From assembly GCA_947056845.1 (NCBI GenBank), contig CAMSCJ010000004.1:3148-67147 (forward strand): a stretch of 64,000 nucleotides of DNA, read 5' to 3'. The stretch comes from an uncultured Mycoplasmatota bacterium. Lineage in GTDB: Bacteria > Bacillota_I > Bacilli_A > RF39 > UBA660. Shown here one piece after another: positions 18,126 to 28,751 of the stretch (position 1 is its first letter; the number at the start of each line of letters is the position of its first letter). The notes under the pieces were generated by a model. That model searched no databases. It saw nothing but the letters and a program-made list of their open reading frames with translations, and was not told the origin of the DNA. The position numbers were made by a program, and so were the translations under genes.

Positions 18126-18155
18126 AAAATCTAGTAACTAATTTACTAGATTTTT
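18126..18155. terminator. Bidirectional terminator between deoD and tRNA-Lys
   Basis: AAAAATCTAGTAA / TTACTAGATTTTT inverted repeat. Confidence 0.75.
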
Positions 18156-18165
18156 AATAACAAAA

Positions 18166-18241
18166 TGGTGTCCTCTTGGGGGCTCGAACCCCAGACCCAC
18201 TGATTAAGAGTCAGTTGCTCTACCAACTGAGCTAAGAAGAC
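18166..18241 (-). tRNA. tRNA-Lys (anticodon CTT)
   Basis: Cloverleaf GTCTTCT...AGAGGAC-A-CCA; anticodon arm ACTGA-CTCTTAA-TCAGT. Confidence 0.95.
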
Positions 18242-18332
18242 AAAAAAATAATTACTAACCAATTATAGCATAATTTTTGTAGTTTGTGAATACATTTTTA
18301 TAATATTTTTATAATTAGAAAGGAATAGTATT

Positions 18333-19079
18333 ATGAATTTTAAAATTGATTATTATTTTAAGGAAATAGAAAAAGATGAAATTTTTTATAAATTAATTAA
18401 CAACAAAAATGAAGTGTTAGAAATTTTTGATGAAAGTCATAAATTTATTGAATTAATAAAAACAAAAGAGCAACAAGAAATTTATACTAATAAAATTGGT
18501 GATAATGTTAAGATTATTGGAAGTGTTTATATAGGTGAGGGCACAGAAATTCAGAATGGTTGTATTATTGAAGGACCAGTTTATATAGGAAAAAACTGTA
18601 AACTATTATATAATGCTTATATTAGACCAGGAACTATATTAGGAAGTGATTGTGTCATTGGCTTTTGTAGCGAGGTTAAACACACTATTATGCGTGATGG
18701 GTCAAAGGTATCAGATTTAGCTTTCGTAGGCGACTCTATAATAGGAAAAAATTCACGAATTGGTTCTGGTGTTATTGTTGCAAATAGGGGCTTTAATCAG
18801 TCAGATATCATTATAAAAGATGAGAATAAAAATCGAATTAATCTAAAAAGAGACGTAATGGGTATTGTTTTAGGTGATAATAGTCGAATTGGTTCTAATG
18901 CTACAACTTCCCCTGGAACTTTTATTGGAATGTTTACTTGGATTTTTCCGCATACATGTATTCATGGATTTATACCTAGTGAAAAAAAAGTATATGATAA
19001 ACAAAATTTGATTTTTCTTGAAAATGAAAAACAAGTATTATCTAAGTCAACAGAATGGGATCATACCCAATATAACTAG
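18333..19079 (+). CDS. Hexapeptide-repeat (left-handed beta helix) acetyltransferase, GlmU C-terminal-like
   Basis: IEGPVYIGKNC, AYIRPGT, EVKH, FVGDSIIG, G.VLGD..RIG.N. Confidence 0.8.
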   Translation: MNFKIDYYFKEIEKDEIFYKLINNKNEVLEIFDESHKFIELIKTKEQQEIYTNKIGDNVKIIGSVYIGEGTEIQNGCIIEGPVYIGKNCKLLYNAYIRPGTILGSDCVIGFCSEVKHTIMRDGSKVSDLAFVGDSIIGKNSRIGSGVIVANRGFNQSDIIIKDENKNRINLKRDVMGIVLGDNSRIGSNATTSPGTFIGMFTWIFPHTCIHGFIPSEKKVYDKQNLIFLENEKQVLSKSTEWDHTQYN

Positions 19080-19193
19080 AAACTTTTTATTTAAAACAAC
19101 TTTTAAGATATTAACATAAAAAGTTGTTTTTTTCTCTTTAAATATTAAAAAAATAATGTTATAATATAAAACATTATTTAAGAGGGGATTAAT

Positions 19194-20216
19194 ATGGATA
19201 ATAATTTTAAAAGTTTAGATAATTACATTAATGAAATTATTAAAATTGGTGATAGCTATATTGATATTGACCGATTGATGGGATTTATCGAGCAAATGAA
19301 TTTAACAATTGAAGAAAAAAATGCAATTATTAAAAAAGTTTATTCTTATAATTTAGTGATTACACAAAAAATAGCAAAGGAAAATGAGGAGTTAGAGAAG
19401 ATTAATAACACAGATGTTGATGGTATTGCTGAAATTAAATTGAATATACCAAAAAAAATAATTGCGCCATCAAAATTTGAGCAGATTAATAACAAAACTA
19501 TAGATATTTCTAATTATATAGGATTTATCGAGCAGCTTACTGATCCAGATGGTTTTATTGCGCTTGCTGATATGATAAATGAACATGAATATGAAGATGT
19601 TATTAATTGTTTATTAAAACATTATTATTTGGAATTAGTTACTATAAAAAAATTGGAATATGAAGAAAAAGACAATAGTGATTTTAATAAGTATGAACAA
19701 CAGATACATGAAATTATTGATAATTTGCAATATCTTCAAATTAGCCGACAACAAGATGATTTATCTATAAATAATCAAATTTTATACTTAACAACACAAT
19801 ATGGCAATAATGTTTTCCTAAATAGTTTAAATCAAATACCATCTGAATATTATGATAATATTTCAATAGCATTTAACTCAATAATAAATAGTAATTTTAA
19901 AAATAATAAACGTGTAGGGAAAAAGAATGATGGCTTTTATTCACCATTATTAGAGGTTAAAAGTGATAAGGTTAGAATCTTTTATTTAAAAATAAAAAGT
20001 AATTTGTATTTAATTATGGATATCATAGTAAAAAAATTCAATACAAATAATGAGTATGGGAGATATATTCGCGGAATATCTAAGGAAGGATTTTTACAAA
20101 TCAGAGACTTTTTAAAAATGACATCTAGTGAACAGCAAATATTATTAGATGAACATTCCAAAACTACTGATGATATAAACATTATTTTAAATGGAAAAAA
20201 GAAGGTGTTAAAATGA
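19194..20216 (+). CDS. Protein with C-terminal RelE/HigB (Gp49-like) toxin-fold domain
   Basis: ILYLTTQYGNNVF...LLEVKSDKVRIFY...YLIMDIIVKK. Confidence 0.55.
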   Translation: MDNNFKSLDNYINEIIKIGDSYIDIDRLMGFIEQMNLTIEEKNAIIKKVYSYNLVITQKIAKENEELEKINNTDVDGIAEIKLNIPKKIIAPSKFEQINNKTIDISNYIGFIEQLTDPDGFIALADMINEHEYEDVINCLLKHYYLELVTIKKLEYEEKDNSDFNKYEQQIHEIIDNLQYLQISRQQDDLSINNQILYLTTQYGNNVFLNSLNQIPSEYYDNISIAFNSIINSNFKNNKRVGKKNDGFYSPLLEVKSDKVRIFYLKIKSNLYLIMDIIVKKFNTNNEYGRYIRGISKEGFLQIRDFLKMTSSEQQILLDEHSKTTDDINIILNGKKKVLK

Positions 20217-22039
20217 TTGCCATAACAGATATAATATGCCAAAAAATTAAAGACTTAAAAATGCTATTATATGATTCTAAAGATAAAGAAGAAAGTGATT
20301 TCTTTGATAAATATGGTGAAGTAATTTTTCATCTTCATGATAAAATACTCAAAATACCAACTAAAGCATTATTCATAATAGTACATAGGACTTATTATAA
20401 AGACGAAAATTTTTCTAATTTTGAAAAGAAAATAAAGCAAAATGAATTCCTACTAGTGCATATTTTAGCAAGTACTAAATGTAAGTCTAATCCACCCAGT
20501 AATCAAGGCTTACTTGGGGATGAGCCGTTTGTTATTAGTTATGAATTATCGCAATATATTAAAAACTCTATTTTTGATAATGAAGAATATATAAATACTT
20601 TAAAAAGGATAGCGCGTTTATTTTATTCATACAATAATGAGTTTAATTCTAATTTTATAATTTTATCATCTAAGAAATATTGTAGTGAGGATATTAACGT
20701 TAAAGCGGCCGAAAAGTATGCCAACAAATTAAATAGTAAATTAAAGAAAAACCTTGGCGTTGAAGAAATGAGAAATGATATTTATAAATACTATAAAGAT
20801 TTACTTCAAAATTACAATAAATTTCTTACCAATACTAAGACACGATACGATGCTTATATGGCTTTATTAGATAATCTGCAACATATAGAAAAATTACCAT
20901 ACGTGGTAAATATTAACCTAATCAAAAATATTGATGAAGAAACTGTTTTTTCGTTATATCAATATGCAACAGAACTTAATCAAAGTTTTAGTAAGGAATT
21001 ATTTAGACAAAGAGATTGTTTATCACAGGATAATTTAAAAAATAAGAAATTGCAGTTAAAAAATTGGGGTTATGATATAGATAAAATAGCAACTGACAAA
21101 TTAAATTTTTTATTAAAATATGCCAATATGGATGAACTTGGAAAAGTTTTACCTTACGTAATAGGTTTAAACAACTCTTTAATCGATATATATTCTGATA
21201 ATGGTTTGTATATTTTAGTAAATACTACTTATGATATTGTTGTTCAACTCAATGAATTATTAGTTAAAAACATTATCAATTTAAATTTTGTAAATCAAAA
21301 TCCACAAATATTTTTTAATAAAGATATAATTAATGATGTTGTTGGTTTAAATAGTACTTTAGTTAATAATATGGCACTTTTAAATCAAAACTATGAAATT
21401 GCTAATAATTACATTGGAGAAATGTTACTAATGGATACTCAAACCTTAGAAAATAATATTAATACTTTAAAAAGATATAATCCAGAATTTAATAAAAATA
21501 TATTAAGTAATAATAAATTATTGGATTGTTTAGATTCATTTATCGAATTGGGGTGTTATGATTATATTAAAAATGTACATCTTAATATAAATGAAAATAG
21601 TTTTATTATATTTAAAAGGTACTATGTTTCTAAGTTGATTAATTTTAAAAGTAAAAATTTAAAAGATAGGGTTGAAACAGGGGTTGATTTTTATATAAAT
21701 GATAGTGATTTAGATGACTATATTATAAATAATGTTTCTGATTATATTCCAAAAGATATTAATAATATATTAGATAATAGTTCTAGAAATGTAATTAGTG
21801 ATAATCAACTAAAACAATTTGAAAAATATTCTAAAAATAAATTGGTATATGACTTTGATGGCATTTTGATTTCTAAAAACAAAGTTTTAAGAAATTTATA
21901 TTGCTTAGAAAATAGTAATATTCAATTAGGCGAAAATGATTTATTATTTGCTTCTATTATATATGGTTCAATTCTAGATTATGAGCGAATTGAAGCTTTA
22001 AAAGATATTATTTATAGTAAAAAATATATAAAAAAATAA
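20213..22039 (+). CDS. Large hypothetical helical-repeat protein, translationally coupled to upstream gene
   Basis: 608-aa ORF, ATGA overlap; no TM segment or nucleotide-binding motif seen. Confidence 0.7.
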   Translation: MIAITDIICQKIKDLKMLLYDSKDKEESDFFDKYGEVIFHLHDKILKIPTKALFIIVHRTYYKDENFSNFEKKIKQNEFLLVHILASTKCKSNPPSNQGLLGDEPFVISYELSQYIKNSIFDNEEYINTLKRIARLFYSYNNEFNSNFIILSSKKYCSEDINVKAAEKYANKLNSKLKKNLGVEEMRNDIYKYYKDLLQNYNKFLTNTKTRYDAYMALLDNLQHIEKLPYVVNINLIKNIDEETVFSLYQYATELNQSFSKELFRQRDCLSQDNLKNKKLQLKNWGYDIDKIATDKLNFLLKYANMDELGKVLPYVIGLNNSLIDIYSDNGLYILVNTTYDIVVQLNELLVKNIINLNFVNQNPQIFFNKDIINDVVGLNSTLVNNMALLNQNYEIANNYIGEMLLMDTQTLENNINTLKRYNPEFNKNILSNNKLLDCLDSFIELGCYDYIKNVHLNINENSFIIFKRYYVSKLINFKSKNLKDRVETGVDFYINDSDLDDYIINNVSDYIPKDINNILDNSSRNVISDNQLKQFEKYSKNKLVYDFDGILISKNKVLRNLYCLENSNIQLGENDLLFASIIYGSILDYERIEALKDIIYSKKYIKK

Positions 22040-22063
22040 AAATTGATAGCATTTTTAAAACTA

Positions 22064-22951
22064 TCAATTTTTTTGCCATAAATTTTCAGGATAAATACCA
22101 TCAATTATTAAGTTATCAATATGTCTTTTTAATTCGTCAAGATCTTCTTTATAAGTAATTCCACAGAAAATATCATTTGTTTCAATTACTTTCATTTTAA
22201 TAATATTAGCGTCAATCATATTTTGAATAATTACTGGCAAATAAAATTCACTTTTTAATAAATCAGTATCAGGATTAGTTAAAAACTGGATAAAATATTG
22301 TTCCGCATATTTGAAAATTTGATCATCTAATCCAAAGAAATTAACAGAAACATTAGAATTTTTGTCGATAACCTTAATCTCATCATTTTCTATATACGTT
22401 AGTTCATCATTTCTAATTTGAACTCCTAATCGTTCATTTAATCTATCCAAAAATCCATCTTTATAACTACATACGCCTCTTGAAACACATCCGTTTTTAC
22501 TTAAAGTATTTATTAATTTATAGCCGACTAATGCATAATTATCATTATTTTTTAAATAATTGGCCATTTGCAGAAATGCATCACGTCCATAAAAATCATC
22601 GGCATTGATAATTACAAACTTACCCTTAACAATATCTTTAATAGATAGAAGAGCATGACCAGTACCCCAAGGTTTAACACGTTCATTCCTTTCTAACTTT
22701 ATAGGTAAATTAGACATATCTTGAAACACATATAATACCTCAATATAATTTTTAATTCTTTTTCCAATCGTTTCTTCAAAAATATCAAGATTCTCTTTTC
22801 TTATAATAAATATAATGCGTTTAAAACCTGCTTTTATTGCGTCATAAATAGAGTAGTCAATAATAAACTCTCCATTATGCCCAACTGCTTGTGTCTGCTT
22901 TAAACCACCAAATCTGCTTCCCATTCCAGCAGCCATTATTACTAAATCCAT
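22064..22951 (-). CDS. Sugar-phosphate nucleotidyltransferase
   Basis: MAAGMGSRFGGLK, KPWGTGHA, INADDFYG. Confidence 0.9.
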   Translation of the reverse strand: MDLVIMAAGMGSRFGGLKQTQAVGHNGEFIIDYSIYDAIKAGFKRIIFIIRKENLDIFEETIGKRIKNYIEVLYVFQDMSNLPIKLERNERVKPWGTGHALLSIKDIVKGKFVIINADDFYGRDAFLQMANYLKNNDNYALVGYKLINTLSKNGCVSRGVCSYKDGFLDRLNERLGVQIRNDELTYIENDEIKVIDKNSNVSVNFFGLDDQIFKYAEQYFIQFLTNPDTDLLKSEFYLPVIIQNMIDANIIKMKVIETNDIFCGITYKEDLDELKRHIDNLIIDGIYPENLWQKN

Positions 22952-22957
22952 ATTTTT

Positions 22958-24001
22958 TTAATCTCCTTTAATACTATTTTTTTGCATTTGAATAAAATTA
23001 TAAGCATCTTTGCACATATCTTCTAAAGTTTTTTCTGTTTTCCAATTTAGTTCTTTTAGAGCAAGAGAAGGGTCAGCACAAATATTAGGTAAGTCACCAC
23101 TTCGTCTTTCGCCATATCTATAATTCAGTTTTAAATTATTAACTCGTTCAAATGTTGTTACAATTTCTGTAACACTTACACCCTTACCAGAACCCAAATT
23201 GTAAATTTTAATCCCTGATTCCAAATTGAATAATTGGTCTAGGGCCTTAATATGGCCTTTTGCTAAATCGACAACATGGATATAATCTCTTATACATGTA
23301 CCATCAGGCGTATCATAATCATTCCCAAATATTGTTAGACATTCCAGTTCACCAACTGCCACTCTTAATATATATGGCATCAAATTATTTGGAATACCAC
23401 TTGGATCGTCACCAATTAATCCTGATGCATGTGAACCAACAGGATTAAAATATCTTAGCATTGTAATTGACCAAGTTGGATCAGAAGTATATAAATCTTC
23501 TAGAATATCTTCAATAACTGTTTTTGTTTTTCCGTAAGGATTACTTGGAGTGCCTTTTTTTATTGTTTCAACAAACTTTGCTTCTTTAGCATCACCATAA
23601 ACAGTAGCACTTGAAGAGAAAACAATTTTTTTACAATTAAATTTATTCATTGTTTCTAATAAAGATAAAGTTGCATCTAAATTATTTCGATAATACATTA
23701 ATGGTTTTTCTACACTTTCACCAACCGCTTTAAAACCAGCAAAATGGATAACACCATCAATAAAATTTTCACTAAATATTTTTTCTAAAATAGAATTATC
23801 ACAAACATCGCCTTCATAAAAGATAAAATTTTTATTTGTAATTATTTTAATTTTATCTAAGACATCTCTTTTTGAATTTGAAAAATTATCAATAATAATA
23901 ACTTCATAATTATTTTCTAATAGTTCTATAACAGTATGACTTCCAATATATCCACACCCACCTGTAACAAGTATCTTCATAATTATTACCTCCATAAACA
24001 T
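22958..24001 (-). CDS. galE: UDP-glucose 4-epimerase (likely start 23980)
   Basis: TGGCGYIGSHT, FAGFKAVGES, SSSATVYG, YGKTK, LRYFNP, RDYIHV. Confidence 0.95.
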   Translation of the reverse strand: MFMEVIIMKILVTGGCGYIGSHTVIELLENNYEVIIIDNFSNSKRDVLDKIKIITNKNFIFYEGDVCDNSILEKIFSENFIDGVIHFAGFKAVGESVEKPLMYYRNNLDATLSLLETMNKFNCKKIVFSSSATVYGDAKEAKFVETIKKGTPSNPYGKTKTVIEDILEDLYTSDPTWSITMLRYFNPVGSHASGLIGDDPSGIPNNLMPYILRVAVGELECLTIFGNDYDTPDGTCIRDYIHVVDLAKGHIKALDQLFNLESGIKIYNLGSGKGVSVTEIVTTFERVNNLKLNYRYGERRSGDLPNICADPSLALKELNWKTEKTLEDMCKDAYNFIQMQKNSIKGD

Positions 24002-24221
24002 TGTATCAAAAAAAATAAATTTTACAACTGTGATCTAAAATTTAAAAGTTATAAGTAAATACAACGTAAAATACAATTTACATTTTAGTACATGAATGTT
24101 ATACTAGATGTAGTATATATTGTTTAGATTATTGCTTATTTATTTTGATGTTATAAAAACATGCTATTTTAATGAAATTATCATTTTATTCTTGCAACAA
24201 GACATTTATATGATATAATAC

Positions 24222-25373
24222 ATGCGATATATAAATTTCTATTATTTATTAGGGGTTGATACTATGAAAAAAATATTATTTGCGGCCAATTTAGAATCTT
24301 TTTTTATAAAATTTTTAATTCCACAATTTAAATATTTTAAAGAGCAAGGTTACGAAATTCATATTGCAGCAAAATTAGAAGATTTAGAAATACCATATTG
24401 TGATAAAAAATATAATATAAATTTTGCTAGAAGTCTTAATGCTAAGCAAATTTTCGAATCATATAAACAAATGATAGATATTTTTAATAACGAACATTAT
24501 GATATTGTAAGTTGTCATACACCATTTGGTGGAGCCATCACAAGATTAGCTTATAGAAAATGTAAGGTTAAGAATACAAAAATGGTATATATGGCTCATG
24601 GCTTTCATTTTTATAAAGGAGCCCCAAAGTTTAATTGGCTTTGTTTTTATCCTGTTGAAAAATATTTGGCAAAATATACTGATACTTTAGTTACAATTAA
24701 TTTAGATGATTATGAATTAGCCAAAAAGAAATTTAAAACTGATGTTAGATATGTAAAAGGAGTAGGTTTAAATGTTTCAAAATTCGATTTTGAAATGAAT
24801 GAGGAAAGAAAACAATCATATCGTGAAAAACTTGGATTAACTAAAGAGGACTTCGTTTTAATTTATCCTGCCGAATTGTTACCAAGAAAAAGGCAGACAT
24901 GGTTAATTAAAACTTTAGAAAATGTATTTAAACAAAATCCTAAATTTCATTTGTTATTACCAGGGAAAGACTCGATGAAAGGTGAATGCCAAAAATTAGT
25001 AAATGACTTAAATCTGAATAAGCAAATTCATTTTTTAGGATTTAGAAAAGATGTCCCAGAATTATTAACTATTTCAGATTTAGCAGTTTCTTCATCAAAA
25101 CAAGAAGGGCTCCCTGTTAACATTATGGAGGCTATGTATTGTGGTTTACCACTTGTTGTAACTGCTTGTCGTGGTAATCGCGATTTAATTGAAAATGGTA
25201 AAAATGGCTATATTGTTGGTATTAATGATAGTAAAGAGTTTTGCGAAAAAGTTTTGTACTTTTCCAAAATAACTGATGAGGAAAAAGAAAAAATAAAAGA
25301 CCAAAACAAAATTATAATTGAACAATATTTATTAGATAGAGTTATTGAGGATATTATTGAAATGTATGAGTAA
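24222..25373 (+). CDS. Glycosyltransferase family 4 (EpsD-like)
   Basis: HTPFGG, AHGFHFYKG, LGFRKDV, EGLP..IMEAM. Confidence 0.92.
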   Translation: MRYINFYYLLGVDTMKKILFAANLESFFIKFLIPQFKYFKEQGYEIHIAAKLEDLEIPYCDKKYNINFARSLNAKQIFESYKQMIDIFNNEHYDIVSCHTPFGGAITRLAYRKCKVKNTKMVYMAHGFHFYKGAPKFNWLCFYPVEKYLAKYTDTLVTINLDDYELAKKKFKTDVRYVKGVGLNVSKFDFEMNEERKQSYREKLGLTKEDFVLIYPAELLPRKRQTWLIKTLENVFKQNPKFHLLLPGKDSMKGECQKLVNDLNLNKQIHFLGFRKDVPELLTISDLAVSSSKQEGLPVNIMEAMYCGLPLVVTACRGNRDLIENGKNGYIVGINDSKEFCEKVLYFSKITDEEKEKIKDQNKIIIEQYLLDRVIEDIIEMYE

Positions 25374-26370
25374 TAAAAAAAATATTTTACTTAGTATCGT
25401 TATTCCCGTTTATAATTTGGAAAATTATATTGAGGATTGCTTAAATAGTTTAGTTGAGCAAATAACTGAAAACGTGGAAATTATCATTATTAATGATGGT
25501 TCAATAGATAAAAGTGAAATAATTTGTCAAAAATATTGTTCAAAGTATCCTTATATTAAATACATTTATCAACAAAATGCGGGCGTTTCAAATGCTCGTA
25601 ATAATGGATTGAATTTGGCCAAGGGTAAATATATTCAATTTGTTGATGGTGATGATTGCCTTTTGCCAAATTCTATTCCAAATATTTTAAATAAAATTAA
25701 ATTAAATAATCCAGACATTATTGTAGGTGATTATATAAAATTTTACAATGATATTAATTTTATAAAGGATAAAAAAAATCAAAAAATTATTTTCAAGATA
25801 GAAAATTCTATTTATCCTCAAAATGTCATTAGCTTAACCGATAATAATTTATTCAATCCTAGTTTGTGGTGTAATATTTTCAAAACAGATATTATAAAAA
25901 ATAATAATATAAGATTTGTTGAAAGTGTTAAATATACAGAAGACTTAGATTTTTGTTTGCAAACCTTTTTTGCTTGTAAAAAAGTTAATATTTTAACAAA
26001 TAAACTATATGCATATAGACAATCAAGAAATGGGTCAGCAACTTCTATAGTTTCTGAAAAAAGAGTAATTGACAATTTGAATTTTGTAAAAAAATGGTAT
26101 GATTTTTATAAAAATGCGACAATAGATGAACAAATTAAAAACTATTTAATAAATTTTATTGCGTATGAATACTCGATAGTTTATGGGCTTTTATTTTTAT
26201 CAGACAAATCAACTTTTTCTAAAATGTATTCAGAAATTTATGAATATAGGTGGTTATTAAAATATAATCAAAGCAAAAAGGTCAAAATAGTATCAATAAT
26301 ATATCATATTATTGGCTTTAAAAATACAGGTAAGTTATTAGCACAATTTATTAAAACAAAAAACAGGTGA
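25345..26370 (+). CDS. Glycosyltransferase family 2
   Basis: SIVIPVYN, INDGS.D, NAGVSNARN, FVDGDD. Confidence 0.92.
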   Translation: MRILLKCMSNKKNILLSIVIPVYNLENYIEDCLNSLVEQITENVEIIIINDGSIDKSEIICQKYCSKYPYIKYIYQQNAGVSNARNNGLNLAKGKYIQFVDGDDCLLPNSIPNILNKIKLNNPDIIVGDYIKFYNDINFIKDKKNQKIIFKIENSIYPQNVISLTDNNLFNPSLWCNIFKTDIIKNNNIRFVESVKYTEDLDFCLQTFFACKKVNILTNKLYAYRQSRNGSATSIVSEKRVIDNLNFVKKWYDFYKNATIDEQIKNYLINFIAYEYSIVYGLLFLSDKSTFSKMYSEIYEYRWLLKYNQSKKVKIVSIIYHIIGFKNTGKLLAQFIKTKNR

Positions 26371-26376
26371 TATTAA

Positions 26377-28680
26377 ATGAATAATTATTTAAAACATATA
26401 ATTAAGATAAATAACAAATATCAAATAGGTCTAATTCTATTTGCTTTTTGTTTTCTATTTGCTCCACCTTTTTTTCCAAAAATAAATTCTATTTTAGTAT
26501 TAGCTCTATATTCTTTTATTATGATTATTTTAAAATATAAAAATCGCTTAAAAAATGTTTTAAATAATAAAATCATCAAAAAATGTTTAATTATTTTAAT
26601 GATATATTTTATTTTTTATATATTATCAATTTTAATAAATGGTTTGATAACTGGCAATTGGTATTTAAAAAATTATATAATAAACATTTATGCTTTAATT
26701 TTAGCTTTTCCAGTTACCTTAATATGTTCAATTTATATGATTTTTCGTTGTGAAGATTTCAACTTAAATTTTGATGATTTAATAAAAATTTTTATAAAAG
26801 CTGGTCTTATTCAAGCTATAATATGCATACTATCACTAATTATTCCGCCTTTAAAAAATTTGTTAGTAGAAATTATGCGAATTAATACAGGCGATGAACT
26901 TCTTAGTGTTCCTTGGCTTGTATCAAGAAGATTTTATGGTTTTTCAAATAGTATGTTTGATTTATTCGGTTTTGGAACTGGAATTATTGCTGTTTTATCT
27001 TTATTCTATAGTCTAGGCCATGGTAAATTTTATTTATTAATTACGCCTTTATTACTAGCTGTTCCTTTTCTAAATTCTCGTTCAGGATTAATTATCTTTG
27101 GAATTGGATTCGTTTTTTTCTTAATATGTGTCTTCACAATTGAAAAATTTAAAAAATTAAAGAAATATATATTTCTAAGTTTACTAGGTATTATATTTTT
27201 ATTTTTAATAATATATATTTTTTCTCCTAATACCATTGATTGGATTATTAATGACTTTAGTTCCTTCTTTACACAAAATGAAGGAACAGCCAATGTACTA
27301 TTTAGTGATGATTTTTGGAAAATTCCACCATTAAAAAATTTACTCATAGGAACAAGCTATAGCGTTTCTGGTTATTCAGAATTTGCTGTATCAACGATTG
27401 CCCATTCAGATGTTGGATATATTAATGAATTATGGAAAGTTGGAATCATAGGTTCATTAATAATATATTATTTTCTTCTTTATTTTCATAAAAAAATGTA
27501 TAAATTGTCTAAAACAATTGAATATGGTAATATGGTTTCTTTCTTCTTTTTAGCTATTGCCATCTTTATGATTAAATGTACTATTTTTACCTATAATCCA
27601 GGAAGTGTCATTATCTATACCTTAGGTCTTATGCTTTTTTTACAAAACGAAAAAGGTAAAAAGGAGGATAAAATGCCAAATAGAAAAACTATTACTGAAA
27701 ATATTCTAGTCAGTGTTGTAGTTCCTATTTATAATGTTGAAAAATATTTACAAAAATGTCTTACTTCAATTTGTAATCAAACCTATAAAAATTTAGAAAT
27801 TTTATTAATTAATGACGGAACCAAAGATAATTCTTTAAAAATTTGTAATGAAAACGCTAAAAAAGATGAGAGAATTAAAGTAATTAGCCAAAAAAACGGG
27901 GGGCTTTCTAAAGCTCGTAATACTGGATTAAAAGAAGCAACTGGCGAATACATTTGCTTTATTGATAGTGATGATTTTGTTGACTCACACTATATTGAAT
28001 ATATGTTAACAAATATTTTGGAAAATGATGCAGATATTTGTGCTTGTGATTTTTATTATATTAATGAAAATGGTGATACTTGGAGTAAAAATATTATAAA
28101 AAGTAATCAAATATTTACTAACATAGAAGCAATTTGTGATATATTAAGTGAAGAGCAAACAACTGAAGTTATGACATGGAATAAATTGTATAAAAGAAAT
28201 CTTTTTATAGACAATAACATAATTTTTCCAGTTGGCAAGCTTAACGAAGACAATTTCACAACTTATAAGCTGTATTATTTTTCTAAAAAAATTACTTTGA
28301 TAAATGATAAGTTATACTACTATTTACAGCGTAATAATAGTATCATGGGTCAAAAATTTAATACTAAAAGATTAGATATATTAACTTCCATTAAAGAAGC
28401 TAAAGAATTTTTTAAAGTCAATAATTTAAAAATTGATCAAGAATTAATTGCTTGTTATGAATTGTCAATTATTCTTAATCTAATTAATACAATGATGCGT
28501 AATAATTATAATGGTAGTGAAAAACAAGAATTAATTGATATGATAAGAAGTAATAAAAAAAGTTATTTGCACAATAAATACATAGGATTAAAAAACAAAT
28601 TGTTAGTTATTTTATTAGGTAAAACTGGGAATATATATTCAAAAATTTTAGCTTTTAAAGAAAAAAGGAAAGAAAGATAA
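26377..28680 (+). CDS. Wzy-like polymerase fused in frame to a GT2 glycosyltransferase
   Basis: Multi-TM N-terminal part with NSRSG and HSDVGYI..L...GIIG; GT2 motifs after residue ~440; internal AAGGAGG-ATG at 27661-27675. Confidence 0.85.
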   Translation: MNNYLKHIIKINNKYQIGLILFAFCFLFAPPFFPKINSILVLALYSFIMIILKYKNRLKNVLNNKIIKKCLIILMIYFIFYILSILINGLITGNWYLKNYIINIYALILAFPVTLICSIYMIFRCEDFNLNFDDLIKIFIKAGLIQAIICILSLIIPPLKNLLVEIMRINTGDELLSVPWLVSRRFYGFSNSMFDLFGFGTGIIAVLSLFYSLGHGKFYLLITPLLLAVPFLNSRSGLIIFGIGFVFFLICVFTIEKFKKLKKYIFLSLLGIIFLFLIIYIFSPNTIDWIINDFSSFFTQNEGTANVLFSDDFWKIPPLKNLLIGTSYSVSGYSEFAVSTIAHSDVGYINELWKVGIIGSLIIYYFLLYFHKKMYKLSKTIEYGNMVSFFFLAIAIFMIKCTIFTYNPGSVIIYTLGLMLFLQNEKGKKEDKMPNRKTITENILVSVVVPIYNVEKYLQKCLTSICNQTYKNLEILLINDGTKDNSLKICNENAKKDERIKVISQKNGGLSKARNTGLKEATGEYICFIDSDDFVDSHYIEYMLTNILENDADICACDFYYINENGDTWSKNIIKSNQIFTNIEAICDILSEEQTTEVMTWNKLYKRNLFIDNNIIFPVGKLNEDNFTTYKLYYFSKKITLINDKLYYYLQRNNSIMGQKFNTKRLDILTSIKEAKEFFKVNNLKIDQELIACYELSIILNLINTMMRNNYNGSEKQELIDMIRSNKKSYLHNKYIGLKNKLLVILLGKTGNIYSKILAFKEKRKER

Positions 28681-28751
28681 TATTTTATTATTGTATTATT
28701 ATATATTATCAAAAATCAATGCTTTAAATAAATATATCATTAAATAAAAGG

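Noticed and set aside
18126-18155. AAAAATCTAGT inverted repeat resembling Tn916 ends
   Set aside because: It is a short hairpin between convergent deoD and tRNA genes, explained as a terminator
7074-18241. Island integrated at tRNA-Thr or tRNA-Lys
   Set aside because: No duplicated tRNA 3' end seen; element ends map elsewhere and deoD lies between
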